Assembly (NCBI GenBank): GCA_964291315.2
Contig: OZ219750.1
Location: forward strand, 512,001 to 576,000
From: Candidatus Poribacteria bacterium
GTDB lineage: Bacteria; Poribacteria; WGA-4E; WGA-3G
Reading direction: 5' to 3'
DNA: 64,000 bases
The notes beneath the pieces are model-generated. The model worked only from the letters and a program-made list of their open reading frames with translations. It had not been told where the DNA came from and did not search any database. A program made the position numbers and the translations under genes. This document shows, piece after piece, positions 20,571 through 31,861 of this stretch; the stretch's first letter is position 1; the number at the start of each line of letters is the position of its first letter.

Positions 20571-21437
20571 CTATGTTCTATGGTGTCGAATGAATTTCTG
20601 GAGTCTGGCATCCGCTTGAACCTCACCGACATACATATCGCCTTGTGAATCCAGCCAGATCCCGTGCGGGCATGCGAAAAACTCGCCGGGGACGGTACTA
20701 CCGCGTTTGTTACCCCATTGTGAGACGACTTCACCGTCGAGGGTCATGATAGTGATACGTTGACCTAACTCGGCTATGTACACGATATTCTCTTTGTCTA
20801 TATAGATAGTGTCCGGCTGCAGCAAGTTTCCCCACTCTTCAATGTATTCTCCGTCCAATGTGAAGAATTGGATTCGATTGTTCTCGCGATCAGCGACCAT
20901 AAGTCTATTGCGCGGGTCGATTCTGACACAATGTGGGAGATCGAACTCTCCGGGTCCCGTCCCGGGCTGTCCCCATGACTTAATCAACTCACCGTCGGGT
21001 GAGTATTTATGGACGCGGGCATTGCCGTAGCCGTCGGTGATGTACATTTCGCCCTCAGGACCGAGTGCCAAATCTGTGGGTTTATTAAAGGGTTCTCCGT
21101 CTGCCCCGGGTTTATCTGGTGTGCCGAGTGTCATCAATAACTCGCCTTCGGATGTAAACTTTCGCATGAGGTGTGTGTCCCGCTCTGTACAATAGATATT
21201 GTCGTCGGCATCGATGAAAATGCCGTGGGCGTCCTTGAGAATGTCGTCACCCCAGGCAGTAAGAAAATTGCCATCTCGGTCAAAGACAACCATCGGATGT
21301 TCACTCCGACTATAGACGTAAATCCGGTCCTGGGAGTCAACAGCGACAGCGGGAATCCAGCCAAATTGCCAACCCTCTGGGAGTGTCCACCAATTCTCTT
21401 GCACAGTATATTGATGTGTGCCTTGTCCAAAAACCAT
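20571..21437 (-). CDS. NHL-repeat beta-propeller protein (PAM/PAL-like)
   Basis: DGYGNARVHK, GPGEFDLPH, VADRENNRIQ, PHGIW. Confidence 0.88.
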   Translation of the reverse strand: MVFGQGTHQYTVQENWWTLPEGWQFGWIPAVAVDSQDRIYVYSRSEHPMVVFDRDGNFLTAWGDDILKDAHGIFIDADDNIYCTERDTHLMRKFTSEGELLMTLGTPDKPGADGEPFNKPTDLALGPEGEMYITDGYGNARVHKYSPDGELIKSWGQPGTGPGEFDLPHCVRIDPRNRLMVADRENNRIQFFTLDGEYIEEWGNLLQPDTIYIDKENIVYIAELGQRITIMTLDGEVVSQWGNKRGSTVPGEFFACPHGIWLDSQGDMYVGEVQADARLQKFIRHHRT

Positions 21438-21546
21438 AAATTTCCCCTATTCTAAAAGGAATTGGCTTCTATTTTAGCAGGTTTGCTGTAATTTCTCAAA
21501 AGGAATTTAGTTTCGTTTATCGTCTGTCGACCTCCTGCAGGTTGGT

Positions 21547-24500
21547 TTAATCGACAAGAATTTGATTAAAAAGTGTACGAGTTGTCTCTGTCCATTTTCC
21601 GTAATCTTGCAAAAAAGCCTCGGAGGTAGCTGTGTCTTTGGTTTCTATGTATCCGAGTCGTCGTGCAAGTTGCGCTAATTCCGTGCGATTTCTGGGAAGT
21701 GCATCCGAGGCTCGGTCATGAACAATTCGTAGTGCGTTTTCGACACGTCTCAGGAATTGATATGCTTTGGTTAAATCGTCGCGTTGTGCTTCTGTTAGGA
21801 CACCGATTTTGTGCAATCTTTCAATTGCGCAGGGCGTATTTTGCACCCGGATAGAAGGGGCTTTACCGCCGTGCACCAGTTGGAGGGTTTGTACTGCGAA
21901 TTCAATATCTACAAGTCCACCGTATCCTGATTTAACATCCGCAATTGGTGTTTGCGTTTTGCCCCGTCTTCTACGTCGAGTGGCGGGTTTCTGAGTCGCT
22001 TGTGCTTCCTTCCGCTGGCGTGTGTGCACAATCTCTGCGATTTCTTTAGGCGTTAGTGCTGTTCCGTAACAGAAGGCGTGGGCGATGCCCAAAAATTGAT
22101 TTCCGAGTTGTTCTGTGTCGCCTGCAACAACACGTGCTCGCGTTAGTGCCTGCCGTTCCCAGACTGCTGCAGTGTTATCATAGTAATTCTGATATCCTGT
22201 TAATGATAGGGCAATCGCGCCTCCTGTCCCGTATGGACGCAGTCGCAGATCAATTTCATAGATACCCATTCCCTGGTCCCCAGCAAGCCGTTTTACGAAC
22301 TCTAAACCGACAGCTGAAAAATAGTCTGCATTTGGCATGCCGCGCGTCGTTTCGCCATCCTCCGAATAGACGAACATGACATCTAAATCTGAGCTGAAAT
22401 TCAATTCGCGTCCTCCAAATTTACCCATTCCAACGATTGCGAATGTCGCTGGGGTGCCATCTGGGGTAAGCGGGGTGCCGTGTATTTCTTGCATTTCTGA
22501 TTCAGTCTCTGAGTAGACAGCTTGCAAGATCGCTTCCGCTAAATCAGAAAGTTCTTGCGTTGTATCTGGCAATGTAGCGTTACCGAGAATATTCCGCAAA
22601 GCGATACGCCAAATCTCATCGTTTTTGTAACACCGCAACATAGACAGTATCGGTTCCTTGGGTGTCCTTTTGACGATTTGCAGTGCTTCTGTCTGTTTCT
22701 CAACGATTGTCTTAGAACGTTCTACTAATGTTGGTATCGTCAACAGATCAAAGAGTTCAGGACTTGTGATGAGCATATCCGCGAGATAGAGGCTGCTGCC
22801 ACAAACGCGAGTCAGCACTTCAAGCGTTGAAGGTTTTTCCACGAACATAGTGTAGTAGCTGCTCCGTGCCCCGACTTTATCTGTGAATGCTGACAGATAA
22901 CGGAGGGCCATGTCCGGATTAGGGGAATCTCGTAAAACATTTAGGAGCGTTGGAGCGAGTTTGAAAAAAGTACGCCGCACATTTGGTGAGAATTGGATGC
23001 CGTCGCCACCGTTGGCAAGTTGTCTTAAAAGGCGCTGGGCTTCCCGCACATTTTCAAAACGGAACGCACTCAAAAAGTTCTCTAGCTGCTGTGGATCCTC
23101 TTCGGAAAGCAGGACGGCGATGTCGACCTGCCCTTCGGATTCAATCGAGGTTGTGGTGATTTTCTGAAAGATATTGCGCACCCGTTCAGTATGTAATCGG
23201 TAATCTGTGCGGAATGTTCCCAGGGCGTCTATTTCTACAGTATGCTGATAGCCGACCCGGCGGGCGAGTTCGCGTTCTTCGGTTTCTCTGTCGGGAATAG
23301 TATACCGCTGCTGATCGGCCTCAATTTGGATGGAATTCTCAACGGTACGTAAGAACCGATAAGCATCAGCGAGCATCTCCGCATCTTCTGGGTTAAGAAA
23401 CGTGTTTTCCTTTAACGCAGCAATTGCTTCGAGTGTGTTATGTGAGCATAACGATTTACGTTTGGCACCGTGAATCATTTGTAAGCACTGAACGGTGAAT
23501 TCGATGTCGCGAATACCGCCGGGGCCTAGTTTCACATGCTTTTCGAGATTTGTCCCGTCATTAACGAGTCGTTCCTCTATCCGTGCTTTGGTGCGTCGAA
23601 TATCCGCCTTTATCTCGCTGAGCGTTACACCGTCTAAGTACCGTTGATATACAAATGGCTGGATCATACGAATGAACGCGTCGCCGAATGCCATATCTCC
23701 AGCAACAGGGCGGGCTTTAATTAAAGCTTGACGTTCCCACAGATCGCCCCACCCCTCATAGTAGCTTTCATAACTTTCCATAGAACGTATGATAACCCCG
23801 GAGCTGCTTTCAGGACGTAAACGGATGTCAACCCGAAAGACGTAACCGGCTGCAGTTATCTCACTCATCGCCTTGATGATAAATTCGCAGAGCCTCGAAA
23901 AGTACTCGCTGTTTTCGTACCCCATATCTGTGTGCGCGTCATCTGAATAGACGAAGATGAGGTCGATGTCGGAGCTGAAGTTAAGCTCATATCCTCCTAA
24001 CTTTCCCATTCCAATCACAGCAAAACGGCATGGAGCATTGCTGTCTTCGTTGAGTGGTGTACCGAACCTCTCTTTCATTACCTGATCGTGTCCAATCTCG
24101 TAACAATGTTGCAACGCAGCTTCTGCTAGATTGCTTAATTCTAGTGTTGTAGTTTCGACATCCGTTATTTTCAATAGGTCGCGTAACCCGATACGGAGCG
24201 TTTCTCGCCGCTTGTATCGGCGGAGGATGCTGAGCTTCTGCTCGACCGAGGCGAAACGCGAAATTGATTGCTTCAGTTCCTGGTACATGATCGCGGAAGT
24301 TTTCTCGGTGTCCATTACGTCTGCATCAATAATGTCGTAGAAATATTCGGGTGTGCGAATCAAGGTTTCAGACAAGTAGGGGGATGCCCCGAAACTTAAA
24401 ACGAGCGGATGGGTGAAAAATGGAGCGTCTCGCAGCAGTCTATAGAGCGATTTTCGATTAAACGCAACCTGTGCGAAACGTGAAAAATGATTTAAAGCGG

Positions 24501-24714
24501 ATTCAGGGTTCGGAGTGTCTATAGCGGCTTCCAATACGTGGATGACAATGTCTGAAAAGTAGTCCTGAATGTCTGCATCATCGGTGGCGAGTTCTCGGAG
24601 GCTGCGCAGTATAGACTCGCTATCTATCTCACCGGCACGGTTGGATCCATCGGATAAAATCCGATGAATTTCTGTGCTCTGACGTTCTGGCAGCGGTAAT
24701 TCGGTGTAATTCAT
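21547..24714 (-). CDS. glnE: Bifunctional glutamine synthetase adenylyltransferase/deadenylylase
   Basis: Two GMGK.GG.ELNFSSD.D / D.RLRP / WERQAL domains; GAGGAG SD before ATG 24714. Confidence 0.95.
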   Translation of the reverse strand: MNYTELPLPERQSTEIHRILSDGSNRAGEIDSESILRSLRELATDDADIQDYFSDIVIHVLEAAIDTPNPESALNHFSRFAQVAFNRKSLYRLLRDAPFFTHPLVLSFGASPYLSETLIRTPEYFYDIIDADVMDTEKTSAIMYQELKQSISRFASVEQKLSILRRYKRRETLRIGLRDLLKITDVETTTLELSNLAEAALQHCYEIGHDQVMKERFGTPLNEDSNAPCRFAVIGMGKLGGYELNFSSDIDLIFVYSDDAHTDMGYENSEYFSRLCEFIIKAMSEITAAGYVFRVDIRLRPESSSGVIIRSMESYESYYEGWGDLWERQALIKARPVAGDMAFGDAFIRMIQPFVYQRYLDGVTLSEIKADIRRTKARIEERLVNDGTNLEKHVKLGPGGIRDIEFTVQCLQMIHGAKRKSLCSHNTLEAIAALKENTFLNPEDAEMLADAYRFLRTVENSIQIEADQQRYTIPDRETEERELARRVGYQHTVEIDALGTFRTDYRLHTERVRNIFQKITTTSIESEGQVDIAVLLSEEDPQQLENFLSAFRFENVREAQRLLRQLANGGDGIQFSPNVRRTFFKLAPTLLNVLRDSPNPDMALRYLSAFTDKVGARSSYYTMFVEKPSTLEVLTRVCGSSLYLADMLITSPELFDLLTIPTLVERSKTIVEKQTEALQIVKRTPKEPILSMLRCYKNDEIWRIALRNILGNATLPDTTQELSDLAEAILQAVYSETESEMQEIHGTPLTPDGTPATFAIVGMGKFGGRELNFSSDLDVMFVYSEDGETTRGMPNADYFSAVGLEFVKRLAGDQGMGIYEIDLRLRPYGTGGAIALSLTGYQNYYDNTAAVWERQALTRARVVAGDTEQLGNQFLGIAHAFCYGTALTPKEIAEIVHTRQRKEAQATQKPATRRRRRGKTQTPIADVKSGYGGLVDIEFAVQTLQLVHGGKAPSIRVQNTPCAIERLHKIGVLTEAQRDDLTKAYQFLRRVENALRIVHDRASDALPRNRTELAQLARRLGYIETKDTATSEAFLQDYGKWTETTRTLFNQILVD

Positions 24715-25062
24715 CGCTGTCTCCTCTGCAGCATGGAACACTACAATTAATTGTATTTTAACACGTTTTGGCCTTCGTTGCAAACCAATTTTCCGTACTT
24801 ATACCATTTCTTGCTCTGCCATTTCTCACTCCTATATTAGCATTTCCTAGTGCAGTCTATGGACTAATCCGATCTCATCGATGCGGAAAATGGTGGTTTT
24901 AAAGAAAGTAGGAGGCATGAGCTCCGTGCCGTAATTTTGGTGATCAAGGTTTTTGCGCTTCGCCCGGTCCGTTTTAATCTATAGATAAAAAACAGAATCC
25001 TGCTTGTTATTAACGTTGCTATGTGCTAACATAATCAAAAAATCTTCTAAGGAGACACGACT

Positions 25063-25932
25063 ATGTTTAAAATCGGTGTTATCGGTGATGAAGTCTCTCA
25101 GGACTTTGCCACTGTTGTCAATTTTGTAAAAGAATTCAGTCTACACTCCATCGAAATTCGTTCGGTTTGGAATAAACTTCCGCACGAGCTCACCGGGGCC
25201 GACATAGACGAAATAAAACGCTTGCTCGACGGTACCGATATAGAGATTATCGGTATTGCCTCCCCATTCTTTAAGTGTGATATGGACAATGCTGAGGAGC
25301 GGAAAGAGCACCTTGATATATTGAGAGGGTGTATCCGCACAGTAAGAGCGTTTGATACCAACCTCATCCGTACCTTCGTCTTTTGGGACACCGGGGAAAC
25401 CGAGAGGCGTTGGGACGAGATTATCGCTTCCTACGATGAACCGCGCAGAATAATAGACGGTGAGGGCATTGTGCTCGGTATGGAAAACGAATCCACCACC
25501 TCGCTCCGTACTGCTAAGCTCACAGCAAAATTCATTGAACAGATTGATTCACCAAATATCCGCGGTATCTGGGATCCTGCCAACGAGGCACACGCAAAAG
25601 GTGGTGAAACTCCGTATCCTGATGCCTATAACCGCATGAAATCGACGATGATCCATGCCCACCTCAAGGACGCGGGACCAAATCCAGATACCTGCGAAAT
25701 GGAGTCTGTGCCCGTCGGCACCGGTATTATCGATTGGCAAGGCCAGCTGCAAGCTTTGATTGATGACGGCTATGAAGGTCATCTCTCCCTCGAAACGCAT
25801 TGGCGGCCCTCATTGAAAATTGACGACGCAATTCTCAACCGTCCCGCAGGACAAGCCTTCTCTGAAGCTGGTGAGGAAGCTTCGCGCATTTGTATCCAAA
25901 ATCTGTTGGCGATGATCGATAACTTAAAATAA
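25063..25932 (+). CDS. Sugar phosphate isomerase/epimerase (TIM barrel)
   Basis: MENE, WDPAN, HAHLKD, SLETHW. Confidence 0.85.
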   Translation: MFKIGVIGDEVSQDFATVVNFVKEFSLHSIEIRSVWNKLPHELTGADIDEIKRLLDGTDIEIIGIASPFFKCDMDNAEERKEHLDILRGCIRTVRAFDTNLIRTFVFWDTGETERRWDEIIASYDEPRRIIDGEGIVLGMENESTTSLRTAKLTAKFIEQIDSPNIRGIWDPANEAHAKGGETPYPDAYNRMKSTMIHAHLKDAGPNPDTCEMESVPVGTGIIDWQGQLQALIDDGYEGHLSLETHWRPSLKIDDAILNRPAGQAFSEAGEEASRICIQNLLAMIDNLK

Positions 25933-25951
25933 CAGGCAAATTCGAATCAAG

Positions 25952-26560
25952 ATGAAAGCGACTTGTTCATCTCTTTATAATGTTCTGTCTGATATTGAGG
26001 TTGAAAACGCAGATGGGTTTGTCGTGACTAGTTTTCCCACACTATCGGCAAAAGGGCGAGGTGATAAAATAGATTATGGATGCTTATTCGGACGCTGTAA
26101 TCTTCACGAAGAGGTGGCCCTAATCTCTGCTATTAGAAAGGCGGTCGGGGGGGATGTCCGCGAAGCTATTCAACTCGTCTGTCGTATTGAGTGGAAGGAC
26201 TTTTCTGGTTTGAGGAGCCAATTGAGAGAGACAATGTGGGGAATTGCGCTGCGCCAGAGAATAGCCATTCGAATTGCTGTAGGTGAAGCAACTTACGAAT
26301 AAATATGTCTTTTAAGGAATACATTGCACAAGGCGCAGTGGACATTCTACAATCTGATGTTGTCTATGTGGGCGGTATTTCTGAATGGATGAAGATTTCA
26401 CATGCAGCGGGATACTTCGGATTTGCGCATCTCCGGACTTCTTGATGGATTTGCACGTACGTTTCTCGGCGGCAGGTGCCCGTTCATTCTCTATTTGTTG
26501 AGTATACCTTCGTGCTCATGAATGGACACTTTTCACTGCTAGATCGTCCCGGGCACGACA
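25952..26560 (+). pseudogene. Fragmented mandelate racemase/muconate lactonizing enzyme family gene (end approximate)
   Basis: Fragments AIRKAVG, IAVGE and, in another frame, FKEYIAQGAVDILQSDVVYVGGISEWMKISHAA; several frame breaks. Confidence 0.7.
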
Positions 26561-26674
26561 TTTTTTCGACAAACAGAAGCTCGCTCAGTACCAAATATTG
26601 TAGAAGCAATAACATATTACGGGAGAAAACCGCGTATGGGCTTTCCAAAGGTCCTGCTATTTTGAGGAGAACTC

Positions 26675-27385
26675 GTGAAACTTGAAAACCGTATTGCAAT
26701 TATCACAGGCGGCGGACGCGGCATCGGCCGCTCAACTGCTTTAGCATTCGCTAGAGAGGGTGCCGATATTGTGCTTGCCGCGCGGACAAATACCGAGATC
26801 AACGCTGTCGCTCAAGAAGTAGAGCGACTCGGCAGACGTGCACTCGCCATAAAAACCGATGTCCAGCTGAAAATAGATGTTGATGACATGGTTACCCAGA
26901 CTCTCAACACTTTTGGCAAGGTGGATATTCTGGTTAATAATGCCGGTGTAGCGATCCACAACCCGATTCCAAAAATTCGGGAAGAAGATTGGGATCTGAC
27001 GCTAGCAGTTAACCTTAAAGGGGTGTTTCTCGGTACACAAGCTGTTTTCGGTCACATGTGTGATCAGAAATACGGGCATATTGTCAATGTTTCCTCAGTT
27101 TCTGGCAAGTTCGGGCACGTCAACGGCGGAGCGTATTGTGCATCTAAGTTTGCTGTTGTTGGTTTCACCGAGACAACAAACAATGAGGGCAGATTGCACG
27201 GTGTGAAGGCCTCGGTTGTTTGTCCTGGTCCCGTGGATACCAAGATGCGTCGTGATAACCATCCGGACGATGTAATCGAGCATCTCACACTTCCGGAGGA
27301 TGTGGCGGATCTGATCCTATTTCTCGTGACACAACCCCAGCGTGCTCATACGCTTGAGACCGTTATTCGAACCCCTTTGATCTGA
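26675..27385 (+). CDS. SDR family oxidoreductase
   Basis: TGGGRGIG, DILVNNAG, YCASK. Confidence 0.93.
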   Translation: MKLENRIAIITGGGRGIGRSTALAFAREGADIVLAARTNTEINAVAQEVERLGRRALAIKTDVQLKIDVDDMVTQTLNTFGKVDILVNNAGVAIHNPIPKIREEDWDLTLAVNLKGVFLGTQAVFGHMCDQKYGHIVNVSSVSGKFGHVNGGAYCASKFAVVGFTETTNNEGRLHGVKASVVCPGPVDTKMRRDNHPDDVIEHLTLPEDVADLILFLVTQPQRAHTLETVIRTPLI

Positions 27386-27412
27386 CTTTCAAAGCATGCG
27401 TTTAAATGCGTA

Positions 27413-28186
27413 TTGACTGAAATGTTTATTGATTCACACGCTCACATTCAGCTTCCTCAATTTAATCGGGATCGGGATGCCGTCCTAAGACGTGCAGACA
27501 GTGCTGCAGTCTCGGCTATCCTTGTCATCGGATTTGATATGGAGACTAGTCTCGGCGCAATAGAATTGGCAAAAAGACATCCGCGGATTTATGCCACTGC
27601 CGGGATGCACCCACACGACGCAAAAGACTTAACGCCTTGTGTACTTAAGACTTTTCGCGAACTCGCTGCACATCCGAAGGTGATCGCCCTCGGCGAAATG
27701 GGATTGGATTACTACCGGAACCTCTCACCGCGTCCAATCCAGAAAGATGTGTTTGAAAAACAGTTGGACCTGGCTGAGGTACTGCAGATGCCTGTGATCA
27801 TACACAACCGTGATGCATATATGGACATCTTACCTATCTTGGAAGCACGCCAAGGTAAGATTCAAGGCGTATTGCACTGCTTTACTGGCGATGTAAAATT
27901 AATGCGTAGAAGTCTTGACCTCGGTTTTCATATTGGTATCGGTGGAATTGTGACATATCCGAACGCAAAAGATATTCAAGTGGTTGTGAAGGAAGTGCCT
28001 GAAGATCGACTGCTCATAGAAACGGATTGTCCTTGGTTGGCACCGCAGTTTCGCCGCGGCAAACGGAATGAGCCTGCTTATGTTCTTGCCGTTGCGGAAA
28101 AGATTGCTGAACTTCGCGGGGTTTCCATAGAGATGATCGGAAAAATAACAACACAGAATTTCCATACCTTGTTTACACAAGTATGA
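27413..28186 (+). CDS. tatD: TatD family hydrolase
   Basis: DSHAH, GEMGLDY, HNRDA, LHCF, ETDCPWLAP. Confidence 0.93.
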   Translation: MTEMFIDSHAHIQLPQFNRDRDAVLRRADSAAVSAILVIGFDMETSLGAIELAKRHPRIYATAGMHPHDAKDLTPCVLKTFRELAAHPKVIALGEMGLDYYRNLSPRPIQKDVFEKQLDLAEVLQMPVIIHNRDAYMDILPILEARQGKIQGVLHCFTGDVKLMRRSLDLGFHIGIGGIVTYPNAKDIQVVVKEVPEDRLLIETDCPWLAPQFRRGKRNEPAYVLAVAEKIAELRGVSIEMIGKITTQNFHTLFTQV

Positions 28187-29298
28187 AGCACCTGCATTTG
28201 CGCATGTATGCGATGGTGGTTGCCCTCGTTTGTGTTTGGGTGATCTTTACACTGCTAACCGGCGGCACCTTCCTCAGCGCACGTAACCTTTCTAACCTCT
28301 CCCGCCAGGCCGCTGTCACAGCTATCCTTTCTGTTGGCATGACACTAGTTATTGTTTCCGCTAACATCGATTTGTCTGTCGGCTACGGTGCCGGATTGCT
28401 CGGCGCCATTGCGGCAATCATGCACGTCTGGTGGGGGAAACCGATTGTCGTAACGCTCTTCGTTGTCATTTGCGTCGGGGTTCTGATGGGTTTGATGCAA
28501 GGCTATCTTGTGGCGTATCAACGAATTCCAGCATTTATTGTTACATTAGGGGGATTTTTGGCGTATCGCGGCTTGATGTTAGCCTTTACTAAAGGCGAAA
28601 CGATCCTATTGCCAGATAATTGGCTCAAAGCGATTGGTAATGCTTACCTTTCAACGACGCTCGGGTGGAGTCTCTTAATTGTTGGACTCGTTATTAGCGG
28701 ATATCGCTTTTATCGGCAGCGCACCGTGCAGTTGCAATACGGTACTGAAAAAAAAGTCCTGCATACCTTTGTATTAAAAGTAGTCGGAGTGTCGGTGCTC
28801 ATGTTGGGATTCGTCACCGTGATGAACGCCCACAAAGGCGTTCCATTCCCCGTGTGTATCCTGTTAGGATTGGCATTCGTATTTCATTTCGTCGCCAACC
28901 ACACCCGTTTTGGTCGTTATGTTTATGCGGTCGGCGGTAATGCAGAAGCTGCATATCTTTCCGGTGTCAATGTCCGCAGTATTACGCTGCGAGTGTTTGC
29001 GGGGATGGGGGCATTGATGGCGGTCGCTGGTGTTGTTCTTACCGCACGCGTCGGAAGTGCGAGTCCGGAAGCCGGACGGTTGCTGGAGCTAGATACTATC
29101 GCTGCCTGTGTCATCGGTGGTGCAAGTTTAATGGGTGGACGTGGGAGTGTCTTCGGTGCGATTTTAGGCGCATTCGTCATGGAGAGTCTTAACAACGGGA
29201 TGAGTATGGCGAATATGGATACTTCATGGCAGGACATCATCAAAGGCGTGGTACTCGTCACAGCAGTGGGTTTTGACATCGCATCACGACGGCGGTGA
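28183..29298 (+). CDS. Sugar ABC transporter permease (XylH/RbsC-like)
   Basis: IDLSVG, IPAFIVTLG, YAVGGNAEAA.LSG, IAACVIGG.SL.GG.G. Confidence 0.92.
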   Translation: MKHLHLRMYAMVVALVCVWVIFTLLTGGTFLSARNLSNLSRQAAVTAILSVGMTLVIVSANIDLSVGYGAGLLGAIAAIMHVWWGKPIVVTLFVVICVGVLMGLMQGYLVAYQRIPAFIVTLGGFLAYRGLMLAFTKGETILLPDNWLKAIGNAYLSTTLGWSLLIVGLVISGYRFYRQRTVQLQYGTEKKVLHTFVLKVVGVSVLMLGFVTVMNAHKGVPFPVCILLGLAFVFHFVANHTRFGRYVYAVGGNAEAAYLSGVNVRSITLRVFAGMGALMAVAGVVLTARVGSASPEAGRLLELDTIAACVIGGASLMGGRGSVFGAILGAFVMESLNNGMSMANMDTSWQDIIKGVVLVTAVGFDIASRRR

Positions 29299-29441
29299 GG
29301 TGTCTGCATTTTTCTACTCAGATTTTTGTTAATGATGCAGTTGGCAATTTTATCAATTGGATGATTATATCTGGTTTGAGAGACGTTGAATTTCATGCTG
29401 TGAGACAGATTGCACACGTCCCGAGTCTTGTGTGAACGAGA

Positions 29442-30800
29442 CTATTTTGCCAAATTCCGTGCCTCTTTGAATTTTTGTTTAGCGAATTGTCCCCATTCTT
29501 TGATTTTTTCGTTACGGATACTCGGATCTTTCCAGTCAGTAGTTGCCATCTGCATTGCCTCTTCTTCAGTTATAGGCATTTTCGTGAGCACAGTAATCGC
29601 TCTGCTTTGTTTTGTCGTATCTTTACACTTCTGAATGGTTTTCCATGCATTGATGAGATCTTTATGCGAATCAATAATCAGGACTCCAAAGAGGTCATTG
29701 ATAATACTCCACCGCGCACCGCCTTTGTCCGAATTATATTGAAATGGTGGTGTCTCTAAGGTGAACGGGTTCGGGACGACTCCTCTTTCTCCGAGTTTAT
29801 CATAGAGGGCGGGTAATACGCTTGCGCGGTTCAAACCACCTTTCCATTTAGGTCCCTCCGGATCGGTGTCCCGGAGCATCCACAGCTTCTGCGCGTCTTC
29901 AGATAAAACGAATTCGAGAAACTTCTGTGCGACTGTCATATTGGGTGCGCCTTTAAGGATCGCAATCGGGTCAGCAGTGACGACTCTACCGTTAGTTGGT
30001 ACGATGTATTTAATCTTATCTGCACCGATGGACACAATGTGCCAGTAGGCATAAAAGTCTATAGCGAGTCCGTAGATGACTTGTCCTGCGACGACATCTG
30101 TTGGAATGGCGTTAGCGCCCGCGGAGAAAATTCTGACATTACCCGCCATTTTTGTTAAAAGCGCGAATCCTTCCTCCCATCCGAGGGTTTGAAGGATAAT
30201 CTCGTACATCATGTGTGCAGATCCGCTTTCTCTTGGGTCGGCTGCGCCGATTCTACCAATAAGGGCGGGGTCGCCTAAATCTTGCCATGCTTTAGCTGCG
30301 GGGAGTTGGAGCATTGCGCGGAGTTCCTCATTGTACATGATACCGAAACTAGATAAAGCCGCGCCGTACCATCGGTATTCGGCATCGTAGAGAGGAACGC
30401 CTTGAAAGGATTGCATCATCTGCGTGAGTTGGGCCTCAGGCAGTTTATAGGCGTGTAGCCAGCCCATTTTTGAGAGGCGGAGGTAGTTGTCAGTGCCGCC
30501 ACCAAAGAAGATATCAATGCCGATACTTTCTGGTACCCGATTAAACTCTGATTCAATAAATCGGTAATTGGAGGAGGTTCCGCCCACATCTCGCCAATCG
30601 GTTTTCACTGTCCTACCGGTCTGTTTTTCATACCATTTCTCAAAATTTGTGCCGAATTCTGTCTCGATGCCTTCTGGGTGTGGAGAAATGATGATGAGTT
30701 CATCTTGGGCCGGCGAGAGAACTGGAAGCAGGAGAAAACATAATACTGTGATCCAAAGTATTGACTTAAAATATTGCATTTTTCGATACGCCTTTTTCAT
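29442..30800 (-). CDS. ABC transporter substrate-binding protein (Fe3+/thiamine-like class)
   Basis: Signal peptide; ISPH, DIFFGGG, ADPRESGS, DPIAILKGAP. Confidence 0.85.
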   Translation of the reverse strand: MKKAYRKMQYFKSILWITVLCFLLLPVLSPAQDELIIISPHPEGIETEFGTNFEKWYEKQTGRTVKTDWRDVGGTSSNYRFIESEFNRVPESIGIDIFFGGGTDNYLRLSKMGWLHAYKLPEAQLTQMMQSFQGVPLYDAEYRWYGAALSSFGIMYNEELRAMLQLPAAKAWQDLGDPALIGRIGAADPRESGSAHMMYEIILQTLGWEEGFALLTKMAGNVRIFSAGANAIPTDVVAGQVIYGLAIDFYAYWHIVSIGADKIKYIVPTNGRVVTADPIAILKGAPNMTVAQKFLEFVLSEDAQKLWMLRDTDPEGPKWKGGLNRASVLPALYDKLGERGVVPNPFTLETPPFQYNSDKGGARWSIINDLFGVLIIDSHKDLINAWKTIQKCKDTTKQSRAITVLTKMPITEEEAMQMATTDWKDPSIRNEKIKEWGQFAKQKFKEARNLAK

Positions 30801-30889
30801 ATGTAATAATATCTAATTGCTACTGATTCATCGTGTTTTTGCGAAAGATTCATGGGCAGTACGTGTGTGGTTCAAATCGACGGATCCAA

Positions 30890-31861
30890 TTAACGTGAAA
30901 ACACTGATTGCTGATCGAAAATGTACTCTAGCGGATTCACCCACTTTTTTTGTTTTATGTCATAAACGCCGTAGTGTAGATGGGCCCCGGTGCTGCGTCC
31001 TGTGTTCCCGACGTAGCCAATAACCTGGCCTCGTTCCACCTTTTGTCCGACTTTGAGTCCCTCTGGGTACCCTTTCAAATGTGCGTACAACGTTTTGAAG
31101 AGAAAACCATCATGTGTGATTTCAACGACTTTTCCGAGATAGCCGGCCCTTTTAGCCTTCACGATTGTTCCGTTAGCAGCGGCAATGACAGGAACTCCGG
31201 CGCGGGTTTTAATATCCAATCCTTGGTGGAATTCTCGTTTTTTTGTGAATGGATGGATACGCGACCCAAACTGAGAAGAGTACCAAAACCCATATTTCTC
31301 TCCATCTGCCTTTTCGAGTTTGACAGGGAGGATCGAAGGATGACCATCGATCTGTTTTTGATATTCACTGACATGGTCATAGAGAGGTTGCATTTCCTTT
31401 TTGAGGATACTCGGTGTTAGTGGATTCTGTTTTTCGTCTGCCTCGGTCGCAGTATTGATGATTGCATAAGTATGTTCTTGCTGGAGGTTTGTATGTTTTT
31501 CGCTTTCTTCCGAAGTCCAAGTCATATTAACGTTCATACCGCCTTGCCCGAAGATTCCCAGAATCTCCTGAATCTGTCTAGTCATTTGACGGATGCCGTT
31601 CATTTCCTCATCGATAGTATTGAGCTGCGATTCGACTTGGTATTTCGCATGCCCTAATTCCTCTAATTTTTCTATACTTATCTGCAAACTTTTTTCAGAT
31701 GTGACTCTTTGCTGTTTTTGAAAGAGTCCGTAGCCTAATCCACCGATCCCTGCTGAGATTAAAGCAGAGAAAACAATAAAGAAAAGCAACACCTGTTTTT
31801 GGTTTATTGTTTTCTGATGGACTGAATCTCCGCGGGATGACATAAAAATAAGTGTGTACAT
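30890..31861 (-). CDS. M23 family metallopeptidase with TM anchor and coiled coil
   Basis: HQGLD, TLYAHL, GNTGRSTGAHLHY. Confidence 0.93.
   Translation of the reverse strand: MYTLIFMSSRGDSVHQKTINQKQVLLFFIVFSALISAGIGGLGYGLFQKQQRVTSEKSLQISIEKLEELGHAKYQVESQLNTIDEEMNGIRQMTRQIQEILGIFGQGGMNVNMTWTSEESEKHTNLQQEHTYAIINTATEADEKQNPLTPSILKKEMQPLYDHVSEYQKQIDGHPSILPVKLEKADGEKYGFWYSSQFGSRIHPFTKKREFHQGLDIKTRAGVPVIAAANGTIVKAKRAGYLGKVVEITHDGFLFKTLYAHLKGYPEGLKVGQKVERGQVIGYVGNTGRSTGAHLHYGVYDIKQKKWVNPLEYIFDQQSVFSR

Noticed and set aside
24799-24822. Mini-ORF MAEQEMV with an SD upstream of glnE (coordinates approximate)
   Set aside because: Too short to support, and it lies upstream of the probable glnE promoter (TTGCAA-17-TAAAAT).
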